A stretch of DNA of 64,000 nucleotides, from the NCBI GenBank assembly GCA_965202585.1, contig OZ241833.1, positions 23,374,001-23,438,000 of the forward strand, read 5' to 3'. Positions 24,258-36,320 of this stretch are shown here, one piece after another. A program made the translations under genes and the position numbers. Under the pieces are notes generated by a model. The model saw only the letters and a program-made list of their open reading frames with translations, ran no database searches and was not told the DNA's origin. Every line of letters starts with the position of its first letter. Position 1 is the first letter of the stretch. This DNA comes from Thalia democratica (Eukaryota).

Positions 24258-26037
24258 TAGTGATGTACCGGACTTACTATCCGGGTCCGGGTCCGGCCGG
24301 ATATTACCATTTTTGTCTGATATCCGGATCCGGCTGGACTCTAATTTGAAAAAAAAGTCCGGATCCGGTTCCGGCCGGATTCTAATTTGAAAAAAAAGTC
24401 CGGGTCTGGTTCCGGCCGGATTCTAATTTGAAAAAAAAGTCCGGATCCGGGTCCGGCCGGATCCTAACAGAGATCCGGCCGGACCCGGATCTAGTTAGTA
24501 AAAAAGAGCATGCTGAAAAGTATTTTTTCAAAAACAAACCCTGTGAAAATTAATAAGAGTCATTTTCGTCAGTCAAAATTAAACACCTACCGTGGTTGGC
24601 TCATTTTGTACACGTGACTAATTTACATTTGTTTACATTTAAACTATAAATAAACATTTCATGAAATGCAACTCTTTACATATGTTGTAAAATTGAAAAC
24701 TTTGGAATGAATACTTGCACTATTTATTATTTAAAGTTGAGCTCAGAGAGTATTTAGAGTTAATACGGTTGAATGTACGAGCCAATGAGAATCATATGAC
24801 GAAATGTTTCAAACTAAATACTGATGCAACAAAACATCAGAAAATTACAGGCAGTTTATATGTAAGAACTTAGTTAGTTTGGTGTGTAGCTTGAAGCAAC
24901 AAAATATCTTGAACGTTTTTGTGAATGCTTATTGTAAGTAGTGTTTTGTCTTAAAAGTGAATATTTCAACAGGTGTTTAATTGTTTAAATATTTAAGCCA
25001 GGTTTATAGTTTAATAGTTTATTAAAAAATTTACAGTTTCTTGTTTACTAAAAGTTTTATTTAATTTTTAGTTTTTTATTTTAAGTCTTTTGATATAGAT
25101 TTAAATAGCTTCCAGTTTTTAAAGTGTTACCGAAGTAATTAATAATTTTGTATATGCTAGTATTTCTTGTTGTGTTTTATATAAAAGATTCATCACTCAA
25201 AACTGTCGTGTCTGATTATAGAAAGTAGTCTCAGTTAGAATTTAGTATTTGTTAGATATTAATTAAATAAGGTAGGATTTAATTATGATGGGTAGTACTG
25301 ATAAGTTAAGTGTACCACAATCAGTCCACAATTTTACTACCTTTGCTAGCTGTTCTACTCATTATTAGATTAAAGTAATTTTTCAGTTTTTAAAAACCTC
25401 ATTCTGACTCAGGCTTGTTTATACTTACTCTAGCTAGTTTTATTGACTTAAACAGTGGCAACCTTGCTAGTTTGAAAACTTTTGGGAATTTTAGAAGACC
25501 TTGGACTGCCTCAGGCTAGTTTAGTTTTTTATAAAAACTCAGGCTAGTTTTCTTTTAGATTTTGAATGAGTTTGAGCTGATCCAGCTTTCAATATTTTGT
25601 AATTTTCTAGTGTATTTTGTTCAAGAACTTGATTTCAGATTTTTAATTGTAAATAACACCTAAATTTGTAAACCTTGAGGCTAGCTGTTCTACTTATTAT
25701 TAGATTAAAATTTTATTTTTTTCAGTTTTTAAAAACCTCATTCTGACTCAGGCTAGTTTATTCTAGTGATGTACCGGACTCACTATCCGGGTCCGGGTCC
25801 GGCCGGATATTGCCATTTTTGTCTGATATCCGGATCCGGCCGGATTCTAATTTGAAAAAATAGTCCGGATCCGGTTCCGGCCGGACTCTAATTTAAAAAA
25901 AAAGTCCGGGTCCGGTTCCGGCCGGATTCTAATTTGAAAAAAAAGTCCGGATCCGGTTCCGGCCGGATTCCAGTTTGAAAAAAAAGTCCGGATCCGGGTC
26001 CGGCCGGACCCGAAATTTTGGGTCCGGTACATCACTA
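24258..26037. mobile_element. Composite non-autonomous hAT element, 1780 bp
   Basis: Starts TAGTGATGTACCGGA and ends TCCGGTACATCACTA. 8-bp TSD GTCTAAAT at 24250-24257 and 26038-26045. Subterminal ~41-bp repeats rich in TCCGG. Confidence 0.85.
25764..26037. mobile_element. Complete 274-bp hAT MITE forming the right end of the composite
   Basis: Has both TIRs (TAGTGATGTACCGGA / TCCGGTACATCACTA) and is near-identical to 24258-24490 over the left part. Confidence 0.85.
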
Positions 26038-26094
26038 GTCTAAATAAATTTTAAACAGCTTTTAAACGGGTCGCTTGAGAATTCCACTACTAGA

Positions 26095-26132
26095 TTAGCC
26101 AATTAGAGCAAGCTTTTTTTAAGCCAATCAGA
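26095..26132 (+). promoter_or_regulatory. Tandem CCAAT boxes (candidate promoter)
   Basis: TAGCCAATTAGAG (CCAAT at 26099) and AGCCAATCAGAG (CCAAT at 26124), 25 bp apart, in a locally GC-richer patch. Confidence 0.4.
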
Positions 26133-29100
26133 GGCTGTTTTGACAGAAGTAACAGTAGCTTAACAACAACTGATGCTAAGCTGAGAAATGTAAAACCATT
26201 CATTGAAATAAGAAATAGAATAAATAATAAAAGAAGAATTTAATGAAAAATGTATATTATGATAGATAAAGAAATTAATTCGTTTTCGTAAGAATATATA
26301 GTGATAGTTATAAATTAGCGAGTAATGTCCTAATAAAATTTAAATTAATTTATATGTTAAGTTTTGTATTAAGGTTAAATATATATCATCATTTTTTATT
26401 TGGTTTAGTAATATTTAAATTCGTTGAGGTGCTTCTTATTATTATTCTTTTGTAGCATTTAAATATAATGAGTTGTAATTTACAAAAAATGGTAAGTGTA
26501 TTTTTTGTATACTAATTTGTAAGTTAGAATGAATTATCAGTGTCATGTTTGAAGCGCTTTTAAAACATAAAATAATTTTAGCTCTTGTATTTTACAAGCA
26601 ACAGAGAAGATAGAAGTTGTATAAGCCCTTCAGACCAGGTATATTTGTTAGAAAAAACTAACACTAACTTATAAGAAGTTAATAAATTTCTGGAATTTTG
26701 TAAATCCAGGGAAAATTCTTCAAATAAAAACGATAAGACTTCCTCAAACTTCTTTAAAATAGTAAAACAACCTATTAATTTATTAAATTTTTCTGATCCG
26801 TTATTTGTTCCCGTACAACCAACTTCTACATCCAAAAATTTTCCCACCAAAACCCTTGGTATTAAACAATTTTCTGAACCTTCAGGTTCAATCCTTTTAA
26901 ACTCTTACCTTTCTCCACCTTCTAAAAAATGACTTTGTTGACTTCACCAACTATTTTACCTAAAAAAACACAAAAACCCCTTTGTGTTAAACAATTTTCT
27001 AATCCTTCTGGTTCAATCCTTTTAAACTCTTCCCTTTCTTCTACTTCTTCATTTTATTCTTCTTCACCTTTTTCTTCTTCACGTTTTTCTTATTCACTTT
27101 TTTCTTCTTCACCTTCTTATTCTTCACCTTCTTATTCTTAACAATCTTCAAATCCTTTAACATTGTTGACTTTAGGTGACTAAGTTTTTACAAATAGCAT
27201 ATAAACCAACAAACTAAAACCTTTTAAAGCTATGGATTTAATTTTAATTGTTCAAATTTTCTTTGTATTACTGACATTATAAGCAATGACATATCTAATA
27301 AAAAAAATATAACATATAATAATTATGATCATACTCATTATTTTTGTAACTGGTCACAATTTAAAAAAGAAATAAAAAACATTTATTTGTAAAATTTTGA
27401 TCTAAATGATAAAAAATATGTGGCAAAACTTGTTAAGAATAAAGTTTTAGTCGGTATATATCCAAATACAATAACACTATTTAGTAGATTATTTAAGCCC
27501 AAGTGTGGGTCTAACTTCTATATGCAGGTTTTTTTACTAAAGAATTTAAAATTATAAAATTTGTTAGTCTCAAACCAATTAATTGTTTTTGTAATAGTGT
27601 AAATGAGCGTTTATTATTGTAGAAGATTGAGTGAGACTGATCTTTTTCTATAAAAAAAAAATGTATGTATTAAAATTACATATAAATAATAACTAAAAGT
27701 TTATTATTCACAAATTGTAACATTGTTAAGATCATTAACTACAGAATATTATTTAACTTTTGTTTATTTACAGATTTATAATTTTTTATATACAAATTAA
27801 ATAAATTTGGTAATTATTTATTTAAGTAAATAATAGCTTCATACAAGAGGGAGAAATAGGATGACAGTGCTCAATCTTTGAAAAAGGACATCATACTTCA
27901 CATTTATGTTAGTTTCTATTTATATTATATTAAAAAATTATTCTATATGATTGATTGTTATATAAACATTCCTTGCAGTAATTAGATTTTTTGTTTATTT
28001 CAAATATTTTAAAATAGCAAAATTCAAAAACTTTTAAACTATAAAAGGAACGTTTCCAGAAAGTTTGAGGTACATACGTTTGTATTGGAAACTTTCTACA
28101 AAAATAACAATATCTCAAAACTTAAATAAATTTTCAATTGTATAAAAACTGGCTTGTAGTTTATACTTGAAGCTTTCTTATAAGCATATAAGAGCCTATT
28201 TTATTTTTAGACTGAATTTGAATAGTCGTGCACCCCCAATTCTATGCCTTTGAATCATGGGTAAGTAAGTCAAACAATGTATGTAAGATTTGGGAGAAAT
28301 AGATTTCTGTAGCAGTCAGAGGAATTGACAAGATAGGTTTGCATACAATTGTTGCTTTGTTTCCAACTCGAATTTAACCATTTTTTAATCTTTGTTTTAA
28401 CAATTAAAAATTGCTATATTAATTTTTGTAGCAGTCTGAAAAATCATATATAAACAATTTTTATCTAAGTTGGTGATCATACTTTTACTGTTTCTGAACT
28501 TTATATAATTTAGAACAATGAGTGTAAACATGATATATATTAAAAAAATTAAATTTTTTACAAACTCAAAGTTTTTTAGTTTTCTAAAAGTTTTTTGTTA
28601 TATTTTTACTGTTTCTGATTCTATTTAAATGTTTTTGATGATTACACATGATACTTAAGTTATTTTTAATACAAAAAAATAAAACTTTATTTTGATCATT
28701 ATATGTCTATTTATACTACAATATTAATTATGAAATAAATGATTTTTTAGTGTTTATTTTATGCAACAAAATTTTGTAAAAAAATTCTAAATCAAGAATA
28801 GTATAAATTTTTCAATCTGTCCATCTGATCTTCCAGCTATCAGAAAAGAGATGGTGGCAGAGCTTGTCTTAGGTTTTCTTTTTAATTAGAACTATTAGTA
28901 AGATAAAATTGTGTTAATTATAGTTTAATCGTTATTAAATTTCAGTGATAGTTGTTTTTTGATTATGTTTTGTTTGTATAGTTTTACTTTTTATTTACAA
29001 ACCAAAAAAAAAAAAGATTTTAAATTATGTTAAGTGTACTACTTAGACAAATTAAGTTTGATCCATGTTTTCAACTTTGTTAATTCATATAGTTTGTTTT

Positions 29101-30069
29101 ATTAAAATGTGACCAGGCTTGCATTGATTTTAACTAGTGTATTAGTTAGATTCAAATAAGCTTATGTATCTTAATTTAGAAACAGTTTTTATCAATGATT
29201 ATTAATACAGTTTTTTTATTAATTATGTAAACATGTCTGTCTTTTTTATTTATTAGTTTTTAATTACAATTTAAAAATGTAAACAGGTTTGCCTTTTTTT
29301 AGTTATTTTTTTCAATTTTTGATCGTATTTTTGATGAATTTATTAAGTGTCTTAAAAAAAAAGTTACTGTTTAAAGCAGTTTTTTATCAATTGCTTTAAA
29401 AGTTTCTTTACATTTTAAGTCAACTTTATATCTACAAAAAATTATTACTGATGTTTATTTTTCTCTTTATATTTACTAAACTATAGCTACTTAAATTTTG
29501 TTTATTTTAAAATTCATTGATTTTTAAATGCTCAACTTTGATTGATTTTAATAATTAAGTAAAACAAACCAATTTCCAACTAATTTATAGTTAAAAAAAT
29601 GCTTTTAAAAGCTTAGTTTTTTTATTTATTATAAAGCCAGGTGGTAGTAAACTATTTGTAAAAGTAACTATTTTTAATAGTGTAAAAGTTAATAGAGTAT
29701 ATTTTTGCTAAATTTTTTTTTTCAAACAAACTAAAAAATTTATAATATTTTACCAGTTTTTTATTATATTTTTACTGTTTCTTATTTTGTTTATTTTCTA
29801 TAAATTTTGATGAAAACATGTTCGTACTTTTGTTATATTTAAATACTTTTGTGCAAAAAATAAAGTTTTAATTTAATAAATATTTATTTATCTGTACTAC
29901 AGTATTAATTATGAAATTTAAAAAAAATAATTTTTTAATGTTTGTTTTTTACAACAAATTGTGTGAAAATTATTGAACTAAGTAATATACTTTAAGATAA
30001 AATACATCTTTGATTATAGATCATAAATATTTTATTCTATAGAAATGGTAAATGAGCACATTAAAAATG

Positions 30070-30148
30070 TACAACTGGCTGGCTTTGAACCCAGGTACCC
30101 TAGATCATAAAAATTTTGGTCTGACACATTAACCCACCACGTTACGGC
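30070..30148 (-). mobile_element. Degenerate tRNA-derived SINE head
   Basis: The minus strand has an A-box-like TGGTGGGTTAATG followed by a B-box-like GGTTCAAAGCC at tRNA-like spacing. No intact cloverleaf. Confidence 0.4.
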
Positions 30149-31029
30149 ATGCTTTCCTGAATCGCGGGTTTTGCATTTATATATCTTACACCTTTTTAAA
30201 CTTCACAATTTGAGCATTTTTGATCGAGTTACTATGTGTTTTACAAACGCATATAATTAAAAACTTTTACTTAATATATTTTTAATCCTAATATATAATA
30301 GTTTTGTACTTAAAATTATTAGATAATTAGACTAAAAAAAACTGTAATTTCAAAAATTTAAAAAAAAACCTGACATTTTGAACAAAATCAATAAAAAAAT
30401 GAAAAACTGCAGTTTAAAACTTTTACATGTGAAGTACTAAAATTTAAATTTGACACAAAAATCTATTGTATAGATAAAAAAAATTCTTTCATCATAAAAC
30501 AATAAAAATAATTAAACAAAAACATTTAAAGTAGATTCAACATATCTTTTCAGTTTAATAATACTATTTAACACAAATTTTTACCATAAACTTAAATTTA
30601 AACCAAAAATAGACCTTTGAACGTGTAGCTTTTTAAAACCTGGAAGATATTTTGCTACCGACATTGTCTTTTTAAAAAATAGTTTAAAACTGTTAAAAGC
30701 TAATTACGATAACAAAATGTAGTCCGGTATATAAGTTACTTTTACAAAAATCATTAACTGAAATTTTTTACAATTGTTACTACTAACTATACTAGAGCTT
30801 GTTAACATTATCCAAAAACTAGCTTTTAAAAAGAAAACTATTTATATATCCTTACCAATGTTAATAATTTAAATACAGTTGATCTAGATGTGAAACGTTA
30901 TTAAAATAACTAGTTAATTCAAAAATCGCGGCTACAAAGAATTCTCTTTAGTTTGATTTATAATTTTATTAACTAATGTACAAAACTTAATAAACAGCTA
31001 TCATATACCATTTACATATAAACTAATTT

Positions 31030-31250
31030 TGCCCTTGCAAAGTTGCGCAGTTGCGTTTGCAAACGAAAAATATGCTTTGGTTGAATATATAGTGGATAAA
31101 ACCATTAAGTCTTAGCATTTCCATGGTTAATGATCTGTTATTGTTACCAAAATCTATTTTACAGCGAGTTAGTCATTGGCTAACCAAGTAGATGACGTAT
31201 TTGAAATGTTTGCACTAAAAAGTTAGACAAGCTGGTTAATGACCGCAATT
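31030..31250. promoter_or_regulatory. CpG-retaining patch with inverted CCAAT and CRE half-site; candidate UXS1 promoter
   Basis: CATTGGCT and ATGACGT within about 25 bp. Several CpGs here, whereas the sequence from about 32 kb to UXS1 exon 1 is CpG-poor. Confidence 0.3.
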
Positions 31251-33239
31251 TGTTTTTTTTTTTATCAAAATTAAAAAAAAAAGAGAAAAACAATGGTTTC
31301 AAAATATTTTACGTTATTAAGAATATTCAAAGTTATACAGTTTTGTTTTCACTATTAAGAATTTAATTTTTGAAATAGAAATAAAATCTTAGTACTAATT
31401 ATGAATAAAACAAACTTTTGAACAAAACTACTGAATTAATAGTTTAAATTAGTTACAATATCATTGGTAATCAAACAAGGTTGCAAATTTCAAGTTTATT
31501 AAAGTTCTAAAATAAAGGTTAAAATTTGTTTTATTAGATTAATTACAATAAATCAAGATTTATCAGATTCCTTTAATTCAATTATTTTTTTTACAGAAGT
31601 ATTAATATAAGCAAGATAGTATTAATGTATATTATAGAGTTAGACAAGACGTTAAAAGGTATCCAAGTAGTGTGCACTGTGCAACTCGATAAGTAATATT
31701 TTGTGCGTATTTTTGTCGTTTAATTGATAATAAACAGTTTATAGGACTCAAAAATAAAGTTTGTTAGTGTACATCGCTAGTTAAACAACTTATTAACAAA
31801 ATTGTTTTTTTATTTAGTTTTATTTGTTATTTTACTTTAAAATTAATGTTTAAAATTAAACAAAATATTTTACTCCGCTATAGTTTAAAAACACTTAATT
31901 ATGTCCAAAAAATTTACTAAAATTTCAATAACTAACATCAATTTTGTGTTAGATTTTATTATTATTATGTGTTTTTTATTATATATTAGTTACTGTCACT
32001 AAAAAAAGTATTTTAAGACATATCCCTTTTTGTTTTGTATAAATTGTCTTAAGACTAATTGCTTCACTTCAACTTGTATAAACTATTAGTTAAATATTAC
32101 CACAAAATTAGTTTTGCAATTTTGTCTTGTTCGATTTTTTACATAATAAAGTTTTAAAAATATAGTATTTGTTGTATAATAATTTATTACGTAAAATGTA
32201 GTTCTCTATTTTATTTTGTTTTACATGTGTACTGTTTATTTTTCGCTCTGGTTAAAATAAAATTTAATTAGTTTTTGTTACTGTGTACCTGAGGGAATTT
32301 TGCTAGTAGTGGAAATCTCAAGCGACCCCTTTTAAACGAAATAAATTGTTTTGATGAGTAGATAGGTTATACTTTTTCAAAATAGAACTATATAGCCTCA
32401 AAACATATTTTATTATCATAAATGTCATTTTTAAGTGCGATTTTTTCTTACATGTTTCTAAAAGTAATTGGTTAGAGAATTAGTAATTATAACTGAATTG
32501 TTTACATATTAAAAAAAATAAAAAATACTAAATTAATTTTTTAAGCTTAAAAACACATTCATAGATTTTATAAAAATGTTTGGGTTTGCCTTAATTAAAA
32601 CCTGGAATCTTTAAAAAATCTTAGAAAAACTTGGAATTTGACCTACGAAATTAATTTAAGCTTTGTTAATACTTCAGTAATTCTTACTGGTTGTAAATCT
32701 TAAACAAGTTTAATGGTTTGAATAAAATTACTTTAATTTTAATATTACTTATTCTTATATATGTATATATACATATATGTCTATTATTGTAATTATGATT
32801 AATTTAATTAATTAATATATTGATGACTGTTAAATAAAACCAAAAGTTGAACATGGTTTGATAGAACTGCATTAAACTATACATTTGTTCTTTTTTATCT
32901 GTTTCAAGAACTTATTAGTTTGGTAAATTGAATTGTGACAATTTTTAGCTTTTTTCAAGTTGACATATTTTTTAAGTATTAAATATACTTCAAAACTTAG
33001 ATTTGACCAAACTACACAAAAGTGCCTAAAACAACTATCAGGGTTGCCACACTTTCAGGGAAACTCAGCTTATATTGTTTTTAGGTTTATTTATGGTTTT
33101 TAGTGTAGTTTTACACTACACTAGAACCCTACATGGAGTCTTGGATAATGAATCACTAGTCTTTTAGGTAACAGTTAAATAAAACCAAGACCAAAAAGTT
33201 TACCCAAAAAAATTATTTCCACATTACCTTTAATTTTGA

Positions 33240-33830
33240 AGGCAGTATTTATAACATTTTTATCTCACATTCTTATATTTTTGTCATTTTTATTATATAG
33301 TGCATTTTATTTAACAGTAAATTTAGAGATATTGTTCAATAAAGCTTGTATTTAATTTTTAAGAAGCAATACTTTCATTTAAATATCTGCCCATTTAAAA
33401 GCCTTTGAGTTTTTACCCATATCCAGAAAGAATCGGGGTTTGAGAAAACTAGTAGGCAATAGGGATCATATCAAACAAAGTATTATAGGGGTTTAGATGT
33501 TAAGTTAAAGGGCATTAACAGAATTTTAGGTTTAATAAGTCACAAAAAGTTGGTGACAATGTTGGTAAACAGTATTTTTCACACTTTTATCTCACATTCT
33601 TATATTTTTGTCATTTTTATTTAATAGTGCATTTTATTAAACAGTAGATTTAGGGAAATTAGGCAACAAGGGTCATATTGAACAAAGTATTATAAGGAGT
33701 TTAGGTAATAAGTAATAAGGGTACTAACAGAATTTAAGTTTTAATAAGTCTCAGAAGATTATTGGCACAATTTAAGGTCCTACTAAGTCACAGAAAGTTG
33801 GGAACAATGTTTAAGTTGTTAAAGTAAAAA
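33240..33830. repeat. Degenerate direct duplication of about 320 bp
   Basis: TTTTATCTCACATTCTTATATTTTTGTCATTTTTATT..ATAGTGCATTTTATT.AACAGTA occurs at about 33258 and about 33586; the downstream blocks also match. Confidence 0.75.
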
Positions 33831-33960
33831 TAAACCACAAAAGGTACAAAGACACAATTAAAATGCTTAAGTCCCAAAAAGTAGGTGACTAAGTTTAAGT
33901 CAGACAAGTCACAAAAGGTTTTGTCACAGTTTTAGTCCACAAAGTCACATTACATGTGAT

Positions 33961-34200
33961 AAAATTTAGTCCAAAAAGTCAAAATAAAGCTGACAAAATT
34001 AAGTCCAAAAATCAAAATAGAACTTGAAAAATTTAGTCCAAAAATAAAAATAGAACTGAGAAAATTTTGTCCACAAAGTCAAAGTAGGTCTGACAAAATT
34101 TAGTTCAAAAAGTCAAAGTAGAACTGACAAAATTTAGTCCACTAAGTAAAGTAGAACAGACAAAATAAAGTCCACTAAGTCACAGTAAAACTGACAAAGT
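33961..34200. repeat. Minisatellite of about 34-bp units, about 7 copies
   Basis: Consensus AAAATTTAGTCCAAAAAGTCAAAGTAGAACTGAC repeated head to tail. Confidence 0.75.
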
Positions 34201-35231
34201 ATTAGTATTAATAAGTCATAAAAAGTAGTGACCAATTTTAAGTCACAGTTAGTCATGATAACTTTTATGTAAGGCTCTTAATCGCATGATAGAAAAAGAC
34301 AATATTTATTAATAACTACTCAGTAAAGACCAGTAAAATGCTGAAAATTTTTAGGAATTTGTATCATAGGAGTTTGTATAGGCATGACATTCAAGTGATT
34401 TTTTTTGTGTTTTTAAATGGTGCAATCTTTATTGTAGGTTGTAATGCTTAATATTATTTTTGAGGTTTAAGTGAATTGTTGAAGTTCTGAAAAACTAAAT
34501 AGAAAATTTTTGATTATTAAAACACAAACTTTTTAAATTAAAACCATTTGATAAAATTTTGTAGTTTTATTTTAAATTTTCCTTATTACTTTTTTCTTAA
34601 ATGAACAACAATAATAGTTTTGACACCAATTTAAATTTTAATATATGAAACTTTTTTTCTTGTTTATGAAAGGAAGGTAGTGTTTATCTTCCAACAAAAA
34701 GACAAAGTAGAAGTATAGTGAAGATCCTCTTTCAAAAGTGGAAGAAGAGGAAGTGTAACAGGATATCAAACTGCTTTGATAAGTGTTTAAATTTCAGATA
34801 GTTTTGAGTTAAACTTCTTGTTCATTTAAGGGTTTATGAGAAAGCTCACAAGGCTAAGTGTTATACCAATGCAAGTTTAGATAAGGAGAAAATAAAGAGC
34901 AGTTAGAGTTTACTGATGCAAGTTTACAGCATATATATTAACTCTCAACAGTTGGAGCATTCTAGCTAAAGCCTGCTGCAGTAAACACGATATTCCAGAA
35001 TAGACATTTATGTTGTTTTCTTGTGTTATAAAAAGATGTTTTTTAATAATGTTACAATTTATAAACACTTTTTATTTACATTCTAAGTAGTTATATCTTA
35101 TTTTGTTTTATACATTCTTAAAGTATATTTGTGTTAGATTAAATCTTATACAAAAATTTTGACCACATTTAAAATATTTTCTAAAGTATGACGCTCTTTA
35201 TATATTTGTTAGTGTTTGCAATTGTTCTTTA

Positions 35232-35614
35232 CAGGGTTACCACTTTACTTCGAATCCTGGAAAAACCTGGAATTTGACAATTTAGGCAAAAAAACCTGGA
35301 TTTTGGGAAATTTTGAAAAAAAAAACTGAAAAAACATTTTAACAATTTTTACATGTTCAGTAGTAAAATTATAATTTGACTCAAAAATCTATCATACAAT
35401 AAAAAAAATTGTCATCATCAAATTTTTTATTATTAAAATACAAATTTAAATAGCTTTACAGTATCTTTTCATTGTTTTTTATACTATTTAACTCATTTTC
35501 TTACCTTAAACTTAACTTTAAACTAAAAATAGACCCAAAAATGTGTACTGTTAAAAACTTAGAAGAAATTTGGAAAACCTGGAAATTTTTTTGAAAAAAC
35601 AAGTGGCAACCATG
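35232..35614. mobile_element. CAGGG-ended MITE with 6-bp TSD TCTTTA
   Basis: CAGGGTTACCAC...GTGGCAACCATG, with TCTTTA at 35226-35231 and 35615-35620. Confidence 0.75.
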
Positions 35615-36320
35615 TCTTTAATACAAAATGTTAATTTATGTCATGCCTAGTTTAACATAGATTTAAAGTATTAATACCTTAAGTATTATTTAATATCAGC
35701 ATTTAATATAATTTAAGTTTAAATTTAATTATTGTTTTTATTGGGGTTGTAGACTACACTAGAACCCTACACCTTTATTGTTGTTTTCATCCTTATCACG
35801 AATTCTTCATATGGCTATTCAACTTTTTTTTTAGAAAACTTTGACGGATACAAAATACTCTAAAGTTTGATATACAATTAATTTTTAAGTCTTGACTTTG
35901 ACATATTATTTTGGATTAATATTAATCTTTTTTGCAAAGCTATCAAAATATTATTATATGTTTCATAAACTTTCCAATTTACAACTACCAATGTAATAGA
36001 AAATTTTATACACACATTAAACATTACTAATTACTTCTTTTATGGTTGCATATCCAAAATTAGTTTTTGTAATTATTTGAAAAATAAAGTTATCTTATTA
36101 CATTGGTGAATTAAATTAAAGTATTATTTCTATACATAAACAAGATTTAGATTGAAAAAAATATTTTTAATAGACTAATAAACTAGCAAAAAGCTATGCC
36201 AAAGAAACTTAAATAGTTTCTCAGTCAAAAATAAGCATTTTTTTTGTTACTTATATGAATAAAAAAAAAATTTCACATAAAGTTAATATTTTTAGCTTTA
36301 CAATAAAAATATTTAGCATA

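Noticed and set aside
24258-24490. Regularly spaced ~41-bp palindromic repeats resembling a CRISPR array
   Set aside because: The spacers are near-identical, the context is eukaryotic, and the repeats lie inside TIR/TSD-bounded hAT ends.
25847-26035. 62-aa repetitive ORF
   Set aside because: Artefact of the hAT MITE subterminal repeats.
30070-30148. Possible tRNA gene
   Set aside because: Only degenerate A and B boxes; no acceptor stem or cloverleaf could be built.
34660-35000. Purine-rich coding-like patch
   Set aside because: Stops in all frames and no recognisable motif.
36255-36320. Upstream in-frame ATG extending UXS1 by 22 aa
   Set aside because: The segment looks intronic (poly-A run, TTTTTAG and ATTTAG acceptors just before 36321). 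The ATG at 36321 gives a normal short tail before the anchor.
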